Shown here: one piece after another, positions 34,384 through 45,623 of the stretch | Layout: every line of letters starts with the position of its first letter | How positions within the stretch are numbered: the stretch's first letter is position 1 | NCBI GenBank assembly: GCA_963796965.1 | Contig: CAWCNS010000006.1 | Coordinates: 160,001 to 224,000, forward strand | DNA length: 64,000 nucleotides | Direction of reading: 5' to 3' | From: Calditrichia bacterium | Lineage (GTDB): Bacteria; Calditrichota; Calditrichia; JAJRVZ01 | Translations under genes and position numbers: made by a program | Notes under the pieces: generated by a model | What the model was told of the DNA's origin: nothing | Database searches by the model: none | Seen by the model: only the letters and a program-made list of their open reading frames with translations

Positions 34384-36182
34384 ATGTATATAAATAAAAT
34401 AAGAAATTTTTGTATTATTGCTCATATTGATCATGGAAAATCTACTCTTGCAGATAGAATGCTTGAGGTTACAAGTACAATTTCCAAACGAGATCTCGTC
34501 GAGCAGGTTCTTGATGATATGGATTTGGAGAGGGAGCGGGGGATTACAATAAAATCGCATGCTATTCAAATGCAATACACTGCTCCAAATAATGAGACAT
34601 ATACTTTTAATTTAATAGATACACCAGGCCATGTGGACTTTTCTTTCGAGGTCTTCCGAAGTCTGGCCGCCTGCGAGGGGGCGTTATTAGTTGTTGATGC
34701 TGCCCAGGGTATCGAAGCACAAACATTAAGTAATCTTTACCTGGCTATAGAGAATGACCTTCATATTATTCCAGTTATAAATAAAATAGATTTACCCAGC
34801 GCCCAGGTTGAATCAGTAAAAAATCAAATTATTCAGGTCATTGGTTGTTCAGAGGATGAAATTTTTCTAGTGAGTGCAAAATCAGGCAAGGGTGTTGATC
34901 TCGTTTTGGAGGAAATAGTTGAAAAAATTCCTCCCCCATCAGGCTCGGTAGAAAATCCTGCTCAAGCACTTGTTTTTGATTCTGTTTTTGATTCGTACCG
35001 TGGTGTGATTACCTACATAAGAGTTTTTGAGGGGATGTTTTCAAAAAACGAAGCTATAAAGTTCTTTCAATCATCAAAGCATTTTGAAGTCGGGGAAATT
35101 GGTATTTTGAAAATGACCCGAAAACCTATTGATTATTTGAGAGCAGGAGAAGTGGGCTATCTCATCTCAGGTGCAAAAGATGTCCATGAAACCAAAGTGG
35201 GTGACACCATTACCACAGTCAAATCAGCGGCTCAAGATCCTCTGATTACATACAAAGAGATCCATCCTATGGTATACAGTGGTATTTATCCTGTCGATAG
35301 TGATGACTTTGAGCAATTACGTGAATCCCTTGCAAAACTATATATTAATGACAGTTCGCTGGTTTTTGAACCTGAGACATCAAAAGCTCTGGGTTTTGGA
35401 TTTCGCTGTGGTTTTCTTAGGACTCTTACATATGGAAATTATCCAGGAACGTTTAGAACGTGAATACAAAATTAGCATCATCAATACCGTTCCAAATGTT
35501 GTTTACCATGTCTATAAGAATAATGGCGAAAAAATTGAAATTGACAATCCAACCTTATTGCCCCCTCCGGGAAATATTGATCATATTGAGGAGCCTTTTA
35601 TAGAAGCTCAAATTATAACCCCCTCAGAATATATTGGAAATATTATGAAGTTGACTCGTGATCGCCGGGGTATTTTTGTAAATACTCTTTACCTTGATAC
35701 TTCCCGTGTTGACATGACGTTTAAGTTACCATTAGCAGAAGTAATATTCGATTTTTTTGATAAGCTAAAATCGCTTTCCCGTGGATATGCCTCATTTGAC
35801 TATGAGATCGATAGTTATCAACAATCTGATCTGGTTAAAATAGATATTTTGATCAACGGAGAGATCGTTGATGCTTTATCAATGATTGCACATAGGGATA
35901 AAGCGTATGAATGGGGAAGCCGGTTATGCCGAAAATTAAAAGACCTCATCCCCAGACAAATGTTTGAAGTTGCTATTCAAGCTGCAATCGGAAGTAAAGT
36001 TATTGCCCGAACGTACTGTGAAGGCACTTAGAAAAAATGTGACCGCCAAATGTTATGGTGGTGATATTTCCAGAAAAAGAAAACTGCTGGAGAAACAAAA
36101 AGAGGGTAAAAAACGAATGAAAAAACTGGGAAGTGTGGAAATTCCCCAGGAGGCCTTTCTTGCAGTACTTGTCAATGGATGA
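34384..36182 (+). CDS. lepA: Elongation factor 4 (two indels)
   Basis: [37 protein letters not shown]. Confidence 0.96.
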
Positions 36183-36252
36183 CGATAAATCCTGAAACTT
36201 TTAATCATTCAGTGACGTTATCTTTAACAAGAGTAATATAGAGGAGATATTT

Positions 36253-36985
36253 TTGAACAAAAGAAAAATTGAAGATGATAAACGCTCCCGGGATTTTTTT
36301 GAAGGATTATTCGTTGCCCTGATTGCAGCTCTTATCATAAGACAATTTATAGTTCAGGCTTATCGGATTCCAACATCTTCCATGGAGGATACATTACTTA
36401 TCGGGGATTTTTTACTCGTAAATAAATTTAATTATGGTATGCGTACCCCTGATTGGATTGGGATTCCTTATACAGATCTTGGAATCGATATCCCCTGGGT
36501 GAGAATTCCAGGATTTAAAACTCCTAAACAGAATGATGTTGTTATCTTCCGCTATCCCCTCGATCCAAGTCTTGATTACATTAAACGATGTATTGCAACT
36601 GGAGGGCAACAATAGAGATTGTTGACAAAGAAGTTTATGTGGATGGTGTTCAATTTCCACGCCCACCAGATATGAAATTTATGGACAGAAATACTCTAAT
36701 GAGAAAAATGAAGGGCGGTACACTTTTCCAACCTTTGAGAATAATAAATATGGAAGCCGTGATAATTTCGGACCTCTGAAAATCCCGGAAAATAATTATT
36801 TTATGATGGGTGATAACCGAGATCGAAGTTCTGATAGCCGCGCCTGGGGTTTTGTACATTCGATAATATAGTTGGCGAAGCGCTTAATAATATATCTTTC
36901 CTGGGAGGGTGATTTTAAATTTTCCGATATTTTTATCTTCTTCAAGAAAGTTAGATTTGAAAGAATTGCCAATATAATTCGATAA
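36253..36985 (+). CDS. lepB: Signal peptidase I (indels)
   Basis: IPTSSMEDTL, DYIKRC, MMGDNRDRSSDSR. Confidence 0.9.
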
Positions 36986-36990
36986 AAAGA

Positions 36991-38151
36991 ATGAATATTT
37001 CTTCCAAACCTGGACTATACCTGCATATTCCCTTTTGTCAATCCAAATGTGGATATTGTGATTTTTATTCTGTAGAAGATATTTCGTTGATTAAACCATT
37101 TATCAAGGCAATAATTGAGGAAATTAATACTTACCGCAGACCACATTCGAAACAAATGGGGTGTTTGATACCATTTATCTGGAGGGGGTACTCCATCTCT
37201 TTTAAATATTCAAGACTTTGAATTAATTCTGAACACATTATCAACCCGGTTTATTATTGATAAGAACTGTGAAATTACTGTTGAAATAAATCCCGGTACA
37301 GTACAATTGACTGATCTAATAAAGATGAAAGCATTGGGTATTAATCGAATTAGTATCGGGGTCCAGAGTTTTTTAGACAATGAGTTAGTGACTGCTGAGA
37401 GAATCCATACAGCAAAGGAGACTGTTAAAGTCAATTCAGAATTGTCGGAAAGCCGGATTCAACAATATTAATATTGATTTGATCTTTGCCTTGCCGGGTC
37501 AATCTATTGAAAATTGGAATCATTCTCTTGAAAAAGTTATTTCGTTCAATCCAGAACACCTTTCTGTTTATAATCTAAGCTTATGAAGAGGGAACACCTT
37601 TTTTACAAAAATTGAAAATGGGCAGAATTTTACAACATGAGTGAAGAGAAGGAAATAAAATTCTTCAATATGGGACACCATATTCTTGATAGAGAATGGC
37701 TACATACATTACGAAGTTTCGAATTATGCAAAATCAGAAGAACACCATTTCAAGGCATAATTATAAATATTGGAATCATACACCGTATTTGGGATTTGGT
37801 CCTTCTGCTCATTCATATTGTGGGAGAATCCACGATGGTCAAATGTCAGATCCGTATCAGAATATATGGCTTGCTTGGCAAAAAAAGAAATGCCCCAAGA
37901 TTTTAAGGAAGATCTTACCAGAGAAGATTTGATGTTTGAGCATATCTTTCTGGCCCTGCGAACCTATCGTGGTATTTGTTTGGAGGAATTTAGAAATAAA
38001 TTTGCGCTCCCATTTGAAAATATGTATAAATCTGAAATTCATATTCTGAAACAAGAAAAGTTGGCCAAAATCAGACAATGGTTATTTTAAACTTACAGAA
38101 AAAGGAATGCTCATTTGTGATGATATTTTGCTCCGATTTTCAAAAATATAA
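36991..38151 (+). CDS. hemW: Radical SAM heme chaperone HemW (many indels)
   Basis: LYLHIPFCQSKCGYCDF, SRHNYKYW, YLGFGPSAHS. Confidence 0.87.
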
Positions 38152-39980
38152 ACCTGGTATATTGCTCCATTTTACCATTCTTGTTATAATATGTTTGCCT
38201 GTCCAATCGACCTGGGCACAATCTTTCAATAACCAACTAAAAATAGCCAATTCCCTGGAGAGAAGTCATAATTACGCTGATGCCCTTAAAATTTATCAGG
38301 AAATTTTCAAAAGGACCCTCGTAATATGGCTGCTATTGCAGGGATAAAAAATTGCTACATTGGTTTACAGCAATATACTGAGTTAATTCAATTTTTAGAA
38401 AAGGTAGTGAAATCACAAGGCGCTCAGCGTAATTGGCAGGTAGAACTTGCCGAAGCCTATTTTCTAAACAATGAACGGGAAAAGGCCTTTTCTCTGTGGA
38501 AAAGCTTCTTAGAGGTGTCTAAAAAATGATCCTGCTGCTTATAGACTTGTGGCCGGAACAATGATCAGACAACGTCTTTTTGATGATGCAATTTCGGTGT
38601 ATACAGAGGCCATCAATAATTTAAAAAGACAAGAACTATTACATTTAGATATTGCCAACCTTTATCGGGCACAATTGAATTATGAAAAAGCAAGTGAGCA
38701 TTATCTTCAATACTATATGTATTACCCAAAACAATTTGCTTTTGTTCAAAACCAATTGTTGAGTACTTTCAACGAAAATTTCTGATAGCAGTCCGGTAAC
38801 AAATGCTATTATTAGTTTTTTTAAAACAAAATCCCGATCAGGCTCAAATAAAAGAGGTTCTTGCCGGTATATATTTAAAGGATCAAAATTTTGACGCGGC
38901 CTTTATTGTTTACAAAAATCTGGAAACTGATAAAAGCGCCGGCAAATTTCTCTATAGATATGCTATCGAAGCCTATGCCAATGATGCATTTAAACATGCC
39001 ATTGAAGGATTTGAATATTTAATGCAGAAATATCCATCATCACCATTGATTCCACAGATCAAATTATGATCTTGGACGTTCCTATGCTGCATTAGCATAT
39101 GCCATTAGAACACAATGAAGAATCTGCGGAAATTATGCAGACAGGCCGAAAAGAATCTTTGAAAAAGAAAGTTCCAATGAGTAAACAACCAGATATATGC
39201 CCTTAACAGTATCATCAGTCTCGGTGATATTTATTTTAACTATTATTTTGATCTGGATAAGGCGATTATTAAGTACTACAAACGATATTTGAAACATGGT
39301 GTCCAATGGTAAATCAAGAGATCGCGTTTTCATTCAGCTTGGAGATACGTATATCTGACAAAAAACCAGCTGACCAGGCCCTGGAAGCATATAAACTTGT
39401 TTCACCATAAAAATCTGAAAGTCGTGCCGGATATAAAATTGCAGAGATTCATTTTTATAATCATGAGTTTAGTATTGCTTACAAACATTCTAACAAATAT
39501 TATCGGACAAATACCTCTCAGATGATCCTTTGATGAATGATATTTTAAGTCAGAAGTTTACTCCTAAAATCTTTTTCCCAGGACTCTTTGATTTTATCAA
39601 AATATGCTGATGCCGAATTTACTAAAATTTCAGAAAAAATATACCGAAGCTGCTGAAGAATTTTATAAAATATGTGAGGATAAAAATAATTTACAGTCAC
39701 TATCAGGAAGAGAAGCTGGAAAATTATATCTAAAACTTAAAAATATGACAGCTCAAAAAAAGTATTAACTTTACTGAGAACTGAAGTTCCAAATGATAAA
39801 GATTTTGATGAAATTCTATTTTTATTAGCTGAAAGTGAAGAAGCGTTTAACAATTTTCAGGAAGCAATTGATATTTTATCATGAATTGATGGTAACCCTT
39901 ACCCCAACAGTCATGTATATTCATCAATCGCGAGAAAAAGCCCGGGCTTTAAATGAAAAAATGACCCAGGACAAATTTAA
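38120..39980 (+). CDS. Exported tetratricopeptide-repeat protein (heavily frameshifted; bounds approximate)
   Basis: Successive helical TPR-like fragments after a signal-like TWA-Q segment. Confidence 0.65.
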
Positions 39981-39984
39981 TACC

Positions 39985-41251
39985 ATGTGGATTCGAATCA
40001 TTACCATATTGTTTATCTTTTACAAGTTTTTTACAAGCTCAGATTATTTAATAATTCCAATGGATCTAAATCAAACAGATCATCTTAAAGCCTATGGAAT
40101 TGCATATTGGATTCTGGAAAAGAATACCAATGTAGAATGGTTACTAAATTATCGAGGAGGATCATTTCTTGTTCCTCAAATATCAGTATTTGAAAATGAA
40201 TGCCGTTTACGGGGTGTATTACTATGAAACAATTTCCGCAGTTCAGGTAAATGAGATTTATGGCACTATTGAAGAAAACAATATGGATAAAATATTGCTG
40301 GAAAAAGCACCAAAAATAGCAGTTTACACACCTCCGAACTCTCAACCCTGGGATGATGCTGTTACATTGGCACTCAACTATTCTGAAATTGAATATGACA
40401 AAATATATGATACAGAGGTCTTGGCGGGACTATTTATCCAAATATGACTGGTTGCATTTGCATCATGAAGATTTTACAGGGCAATATGGAAAATTTTGGG
40501 CAAGTTTTAAAAATGAGCCCTGGTATATTGAACAACAGATTGAAAGTGAAAAACTGGCTAGAAATCTAGGATATTCAGAAAGTAAGTCAACTAAAGGGAG
40601 CCGTTGCTCAGGAAATAAAACACTATGTTGAGTCAGGTGGTTTTTTATTTGCAATGTGTTCTGCAACGGATGCATTGGACATCGCACTTATCAGCGGAAA
40701 ATGTAGATATTTGCGATGTCCCTTTCGATCATGATCCAGCTGATCTAAATTATCTGGAAAAACTTGATTATACCAAAACACTCGCATTTCAAAATTTAAA
40801 CTATTACATAAATCCGAGTATTTATGAATTTAGCGATATTGATACCCCTCCCAGCCATCATGCCACGTCTTCGAGATGCTGACACTGATTATTTTACATT
40901 ATTTGAATTTTCTGCAAAATATGATCCCGTACCAACCATGCTTAACCCAAAATCATGTGAATGTGGTCAAGGGATTTATGGGACAAACAACCATGTTCCG
41001 GGAAGAAAACATAAAACCATCCATTGGTAATTATGGGAAAAATTGAAGGAAGCAATGAAGTAAAATATATTCATGGAAACATGGGTAAGGGAACTTTTAC
41101 TTTTTATGGAGGTCATGATCCAGAAGATTATACCCATCAGGTAGGAGATCCACCAACGGATTTATCTTTGCATAAAAATTCTCCAGGATACCGTCTGATT
41201 TTAAATAATATTCTTTTTCCTGCTGCAAAAAAGAAAAAATTGAAAACATAG
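39985..41251 (+). CDS. Conserved exported FCB-group hypothetical protein (frameshifted)
   Basis: IPMDLNQTDHLKAYGIAYW, WLLNYRGGSF, LHLHHEDFTGQYGKF, FAMCSATD, GHDPEDY. Confidence 0.75.
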
Positions 41252-41263
41252 AGGAGGAGATAT

Positions 41264-41660
41264 ATGGAAAAGTTTATTGTTAAATCAAGCCAGCAGAGTC
41301 AAATCATTGATATTACAGCCAATTACAGTCCATAGTTAGCAGTAGTAGAATTGAGGAGGGTGTTTGTCACGTATTTATTCCTCATACAACAGCTGGCGTT
41401 ACCATCAATGAGAATGCTGATCCTGATGTCAAAGGCTGATATACTTGATGGAAATTAATAAAATCATTCCGTTTCAGGACAACTATAGACATATGGAAGG
41501 TAATTCAGCAGCCCATATAAAAGCATCATTATTTGGCAACTCACAAACTGTATTAATTGAGAATGGCCGGATCCAATTGGGTACCTGGCAAGGTATATTT
41601 TTCTGTGAATTTGATGGCCCCAGATCCAGAAAGGTTTGGGTTAATCTAACAAAGTCTTAA
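41264..41660 (+). CDS. yjbQ: YjbQ/UPF0047 family protein (indels)
   Basis: [44 protein letters not shown]. Confidence 0.9.
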
Positions 41661-41729
41661 TTTTAATTTGTAAATAGAAGTGAAGAATTTTAAATTCGGC
41701 GCTACTATTGATTGAAGGGGAGATATATA

Positions 41730-43025
41730 ATGCTTGAAAATTTAGTTGATGTTTTAATAAAAAAAGTCCGAGATGAGGTTGTTTCTGATCCCAATATGCA
41801 TGACATCCCACTCGCTTATATCCAAACCCGCCAAATCCCAGATTCTGTGAAGCACTTTCTTGATCAGGAAGTTGAATTATGGATAAGAGACGAGGAAGAA
41901 AAATTCAATTCCAGTGATCGCTTCGACTATGACACACCAGAAGTTAGGATATTGATTGATCAGATATTTGATAATTTAAAACAAAATGCCCGTTTTCATA
42001 TCAATAAATTCAATCAACTTATTGAACGTGCCATCAAATTGGAAATGAATTACTTGATTGAGCCCCATAGAACACTAAGCCAATTCATATTTAAAGACCA
42101 GCAAATTGTTTCCACTATCGATATATACAATATGCTAAAATATTTCTTTAAGTATGAATATTATAAAGATGCTATTTCCGATTATTTTAATACCAAGTAT
42201 TTGCGGGAAATCTCAGGCGAGCAATTTAATCAATTAATCAGCCAAATCGATGAAAATGCTTATAAAGAAAATCGACTGGAGACAACATTACAAACGATAA
42301 AAACGTTAACTGGATTTATGCAGGAGGCGACTGGCGAAGAAGTTGAAGCTCTTGAGATTGATCTCTTGTTTCATGTTTTTAAAGATCGCAATCTGGAAAG
42401 TTATACCCAACTAATTGAAGAATTAAAATCAAGTGATCAAACAGAAATTTCACTCTCTGATTTAGAGGCTATACTTACCGCTGAAAGCCTTGATCCCATA
42501 AAGGCACCTCCAGAAGAAGTTGAAGTTAGCGATGAAACACTTACAATTGAGGCCGTGAAAGATATTGAAGATAGTAAACCCATTGTAGAAGTTGATGCGA
42601 TCGAACTTGATGAAATAAAGCATGAAGAAATTGCTGTAGAGGAAGAAGAGGAAGAGGAAGAAGAAGAGGAAGAAGAAGAAATTATCGCAGCAGCCCCTGT
42701 AGGAAAAACCAATGTTGCCGATGATATGGCTAATTTTGTTGCCAGCCAAATTCAATCTGATAAACCATTAGAAGATTTAAATGGTATGATAGTCGGACGA
42801 ACCAGAAAGAAAATCATTAAAAAACTATTCAATAAGAGTGAAAACGAATTTCTTTCCTTTGTCAATCTGGTAAACAATGAAGCAGCCTGGAAAGAAGCTT
42901 CTGTTACAATAGACAATGAATTTTATGAGCGTGGAATTAATCCCTACTCAAAAGAAGCAATTATGTTTTCCGATATTATCTATTTAAGGTTTTTTCCTAA
43001 AGATCGCTATGTTGGAGAACAGTGA
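41730..43025 (+). CDS. Hypothetical acidic protein with poly-Glu tract
   Basis: Long intact ORF with GGGGAG RBS; no recognised motif. Confidence 0.75.
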   Translation: MLENLVDVLIKKVRDEVVSDPNMHDIPLAYIQTRQIPDSVKHFLDQEVELWIRDEEEKFNSSDRFDYDTPEVRILIDQIFDNLKQNARFHINKFNQLIERAIKLEMNYLIEPHRTLSQFIFKDQQIVSTIDIYNMLKYFFKYEYYKDAISDYFNTKYLREISGEQFNQLISQIDENAYKENRLETTLQTIKTLTGFMQEATGEEVEALEIDLLFHVFKDRNLESYTQLIEELKSSDQTEISLSDLEAILTAESLDPIKAPPEEVEVSDETLTIEAVKDIEDSKPIVEVDAIELDEIKHEEIAVEEEEEEEEEEEEEEIIAAAPVGKTNVADDMANFVASQIQSDKPLEDLNGMIVGRTRKKIIKKLFNKSENEFLSFVNLVNNEAAWKEASVTIDNEFYERGINPYSKEAIMFSDIIYLRFFPKDRYVGEQ

Positions 43026-43115
43026 TAAGTTTTCAATAAATAATATTAGATCTAAAAGAGAACAATTGATAAATTGTTCTCTTTTTTTTTCGATCAATTT
43101 AATCCGGAATTCTAT

Positions 43116-43925
43116 ATGATTGATTATCATATTCATACAAGACTCTGTAAACATGCCGAAGGAGAAATACACTCATATGTTGAGCAGGCAATTAAATTAG
43201 GATTAAAGGAAATAGCCTTCACAGATCATATTCCACTTCCGGATAATTTTGATATTGCTCATCGCATGTCCTATGAGGAAATAGACACCTATGCTGGTTG
43301 GGTAATCAAAATGCAGTCCCTATATCCGGAAATTACGATTCGTTTTGGAATTGAGGCGGATTACTATAAGGGTATGGAAGATTTTGTTGAGAATATACTC
43401 AATTCTTACGATTTTGATGTCGTCATAATGTCTGTTCATTTTTTACATCACTGGCCGCAGGGAAATTGGGTTTTTAACTTTAATTTTCCGGATAAAACAA
43501 CAAAGGAAATATATAAAGATTATTTAGCAACCATTATTCAGGGCATCAGTACAGGATTATTTGATGTGGTTGGACATATTGATATTCTAAAAGTACCAGG
43601 TCATTCTTTTACCCAATTAATTCCCAATCAGGTGGATGATCTTCTAAAATCAATTTTAAACAACAAGATGGCAATGGAGATCAACACATCCGGATTTCGC
43701 AAATCAGCAAATGAGCCTTATCCTGGATATGATTGGTTAAAAATGATTAAAAAAAATCAAATTCCGCTAACCACCGGTTCAGACGCACATGCCCCGGGCC
43801 AGGTTGGACTGAATTTCCCAAATTTATATCGACGTCTTAATTTCGAAGGGATCCAAACTTTATCTTGTTACAAGAAGAGGAAACGAACCAGTATAAGTAT
43901 CAAGACACTTGGTAAATTCGAATAG
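43116..43925 (+). CDS. PHP-family histidinol-phosphatase (HisJ/HisK type)
   Basis: DYHIHT, FTDH, GIEAD, EINTSG, GSDAH. Confidence 0.88.
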   Translation: MIDYHIHTRLCKHAEGEIHSYVEQAIKLGLKEIAFTDHIPLPDNFDIAHRMSYEEIDTYAGWVIKMQSLYPEITIRFGIEADYYKGMEDFVENILNSYDFDVVIMSVHFLHHWPQGNWVFNFNFPDKTTKEIYKDYLATIIQGISTGLFDVVGHIDILKVPGHSFTQLIPNQVDDLLKSILNNKMAMEINTSGFRKSANEPYPGYDWLKMIKKNQIPLTTGSDAHAPGQVGLNFPNLYRRLNFEGIQTLSCYKKRKRTSISIKTLGKFE

Positions 43926-43994
43926 ATTAATAAAATATATCTTCAGTATTTCAAATAGATTTCAGCATCGTGAAGTCACAAAAGGGGTATTAAT

Positions 43995-44408
43995 ATGAGA
44001 GGATCCGAAATAAATACGAGCATTTCTTCAATTTTAAAAAGATATCAAAATATTGCCATAGTAGGATTATCCGCATCACCAATGAGGCCAAGTTTTGGTG
44101 TAGCAAACTACTTAATCAACGCCGGCTATAATATTTTTCCCGTTAATCCCAAATATGATGTAATCTTAAATCAGAAATGCTATCCTTCTTTGGATTCTAT
44201 TCAACAACCGATTGAGATTGTTGATATCTTTCGTAAACCTGAGCATATATTATCTGTGGTCCAGGAGTCAATCCGCAATAAAGGAAAAGTAATATGGATG
44301 CAATCGGGAATTATAAATATGGAGGCCGCTGAACTTGCACTAAAATCGGGATTAGAAGTAGTGATGGATCGGTGTATGAAAATTGAACATATGATTAATC
44401 AAGGATGA
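43995..44408 (+). CDS. CoA-binding protein (YccU-like)
   Basis: IAIVGLS, PVNP, VDIFR, WMQSG, VVMDRC. Confidence 0.9.
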   Translation: MRGSEINTSISSILKRYQNIAIVGLSASPMRPSFGVANYLINAGYNIFPVNPKYDVILNQKCYPSLDSIQQPIEIVDIFRKPEHILSVVQESIRNKGKVIWMQSGIINMEAAELALKSGLEVVMDRCMKIEHMINQG

Positions 44409-44437
44409 TAGAAATTGATTATTGTTGGATTTAATTT

Positions 44438-45274
44438 CTATTTCTTTAAGGGTGTATGAAAAGCCACCGCAATTTCCCCACCATCAAGGTTGATAATATT
44501 TCCAGTATTCCAGATTTCGTCCGATGTTGCCTGACTTAAAATATATTTGGCAATATCGCTCGGCTGGGTCAGTCTTTTAAAGGGAATTTGGCTGAGAGCC
44601 AGGTCAATCATGGTTTCATGCCCTGGAATTTTCCGAAGGGCTGGGGTAAAGGTTACACCGGCTCGAAGCGCGTTTGCGGTCATCCCATAGGGTGCCAACT
44701 CTAAGGCTAACTGTCTGATGTGCGATTCTAATGCCGCCTTTGCCGCCGAAACTGCACCATAAAAGGGAGTCACACGGGAAGACCCGGAACTGGTCATAGC
44801 ATATATTTTGGATCCTTGACTAAACAAATCTGCTAATAAGAGGTCTCTTGTCCAGTAAACGAGACTGTGAGCCATAACATTTAATGTCATATCCATTTGT
44901 TTTGAGGACAGCCTTTCTTTGGGGTCGTTGTGTATATAAGGAGCTAATGAACCAAAAGCCAGGGAATGAAGAAAAATCTTTATTTTACCATTTATGCCTT
45001 TAATCTTAAAATGATCTGTGATCCGTTGAAGAACCTGTTCCCTGTTTTTATCTGAAGCCGCGTTTACATTAAAGAACAAGGCTTCCACTCCATGATCCAT
45101 AATCTGACGTTTAATTTGTTCCACTTTAGTTAAGCCTGCTCCTCGATCCATATGGACCCCGACGATATTAAATCCCGCACCAGCTAATTCCAGAGCAACC
45201 GCTTCACCGAAACCACTTGAAGCACCTAGTATCAAAGCATAATCTTTATTTGAATCTGGCTTTTTATAACCCAC
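44438..45274 (-). CDS. SDR oxidoreductase, enoyl-ACP reductase (FabL-like)
   Basis: LGASSGFG, YGAVSAAKAALE, TPALRKIPG. Confidence 0.82.
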   Translation of the reverse strand: MGYKKPDSNKDYALILGASSGFGEAVALELAGAGFNIVGVHMDRGAGLTKVEQIKRQIMDHGVEALFFNVNAASDKNREQVLQRITDHFKIKGINGKIKIFLHSLAFGSLAPYIHNDPKERLSSKQMDMTLNVMAHSLVYWTRDLLLADLFSQGSKIYAMTSSGSSRVTPFYGAVSAAKAALESHIRQLALELAPYGMTANALRAGVTFTPALRKIPGHETMIDLALSQIPFKRLTQPSDIAKYILSQATSDEIWNTGNIINLDGGEIAVAFHTPLKK

Positions 45275-45623
45275 CGATTTTCTCCTTATATATTTCCAGT
45301 TGTTGCATCACCCGGAGATTCTAAATTTAGAAAAACTACCCATTCGGGCTTTATAAATTAGGCCTTTACCCTTTTTTTAAAAAAAACCGGCATTAAACTT
45401 GTATGACCTAAATAGAATATAAACTTATGATAGAACTGTTTCGTATAAGAAATTATTTCTCGTATTGAAGATTTAGCAACAACATGAAAGGAGTGATTAG
45501 TAACCTATATTAAGAATTAGCACCGGTTTTCTAACAAGACATTATTAGAGATAAAAATATTAAAATTTGAAATCTATATTAGACTTTTCGATTTTGATTA
45601 TCACCGGAAAATTAAATGTGGAA

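Noticed and set aside
42437..42755. Antisense poly-Ser and Phe-rich ORFs
   Set aside because: Shadows of the Glu-rich plus-strand gene; most other short antisense ORFs in the track are likewise shadows.
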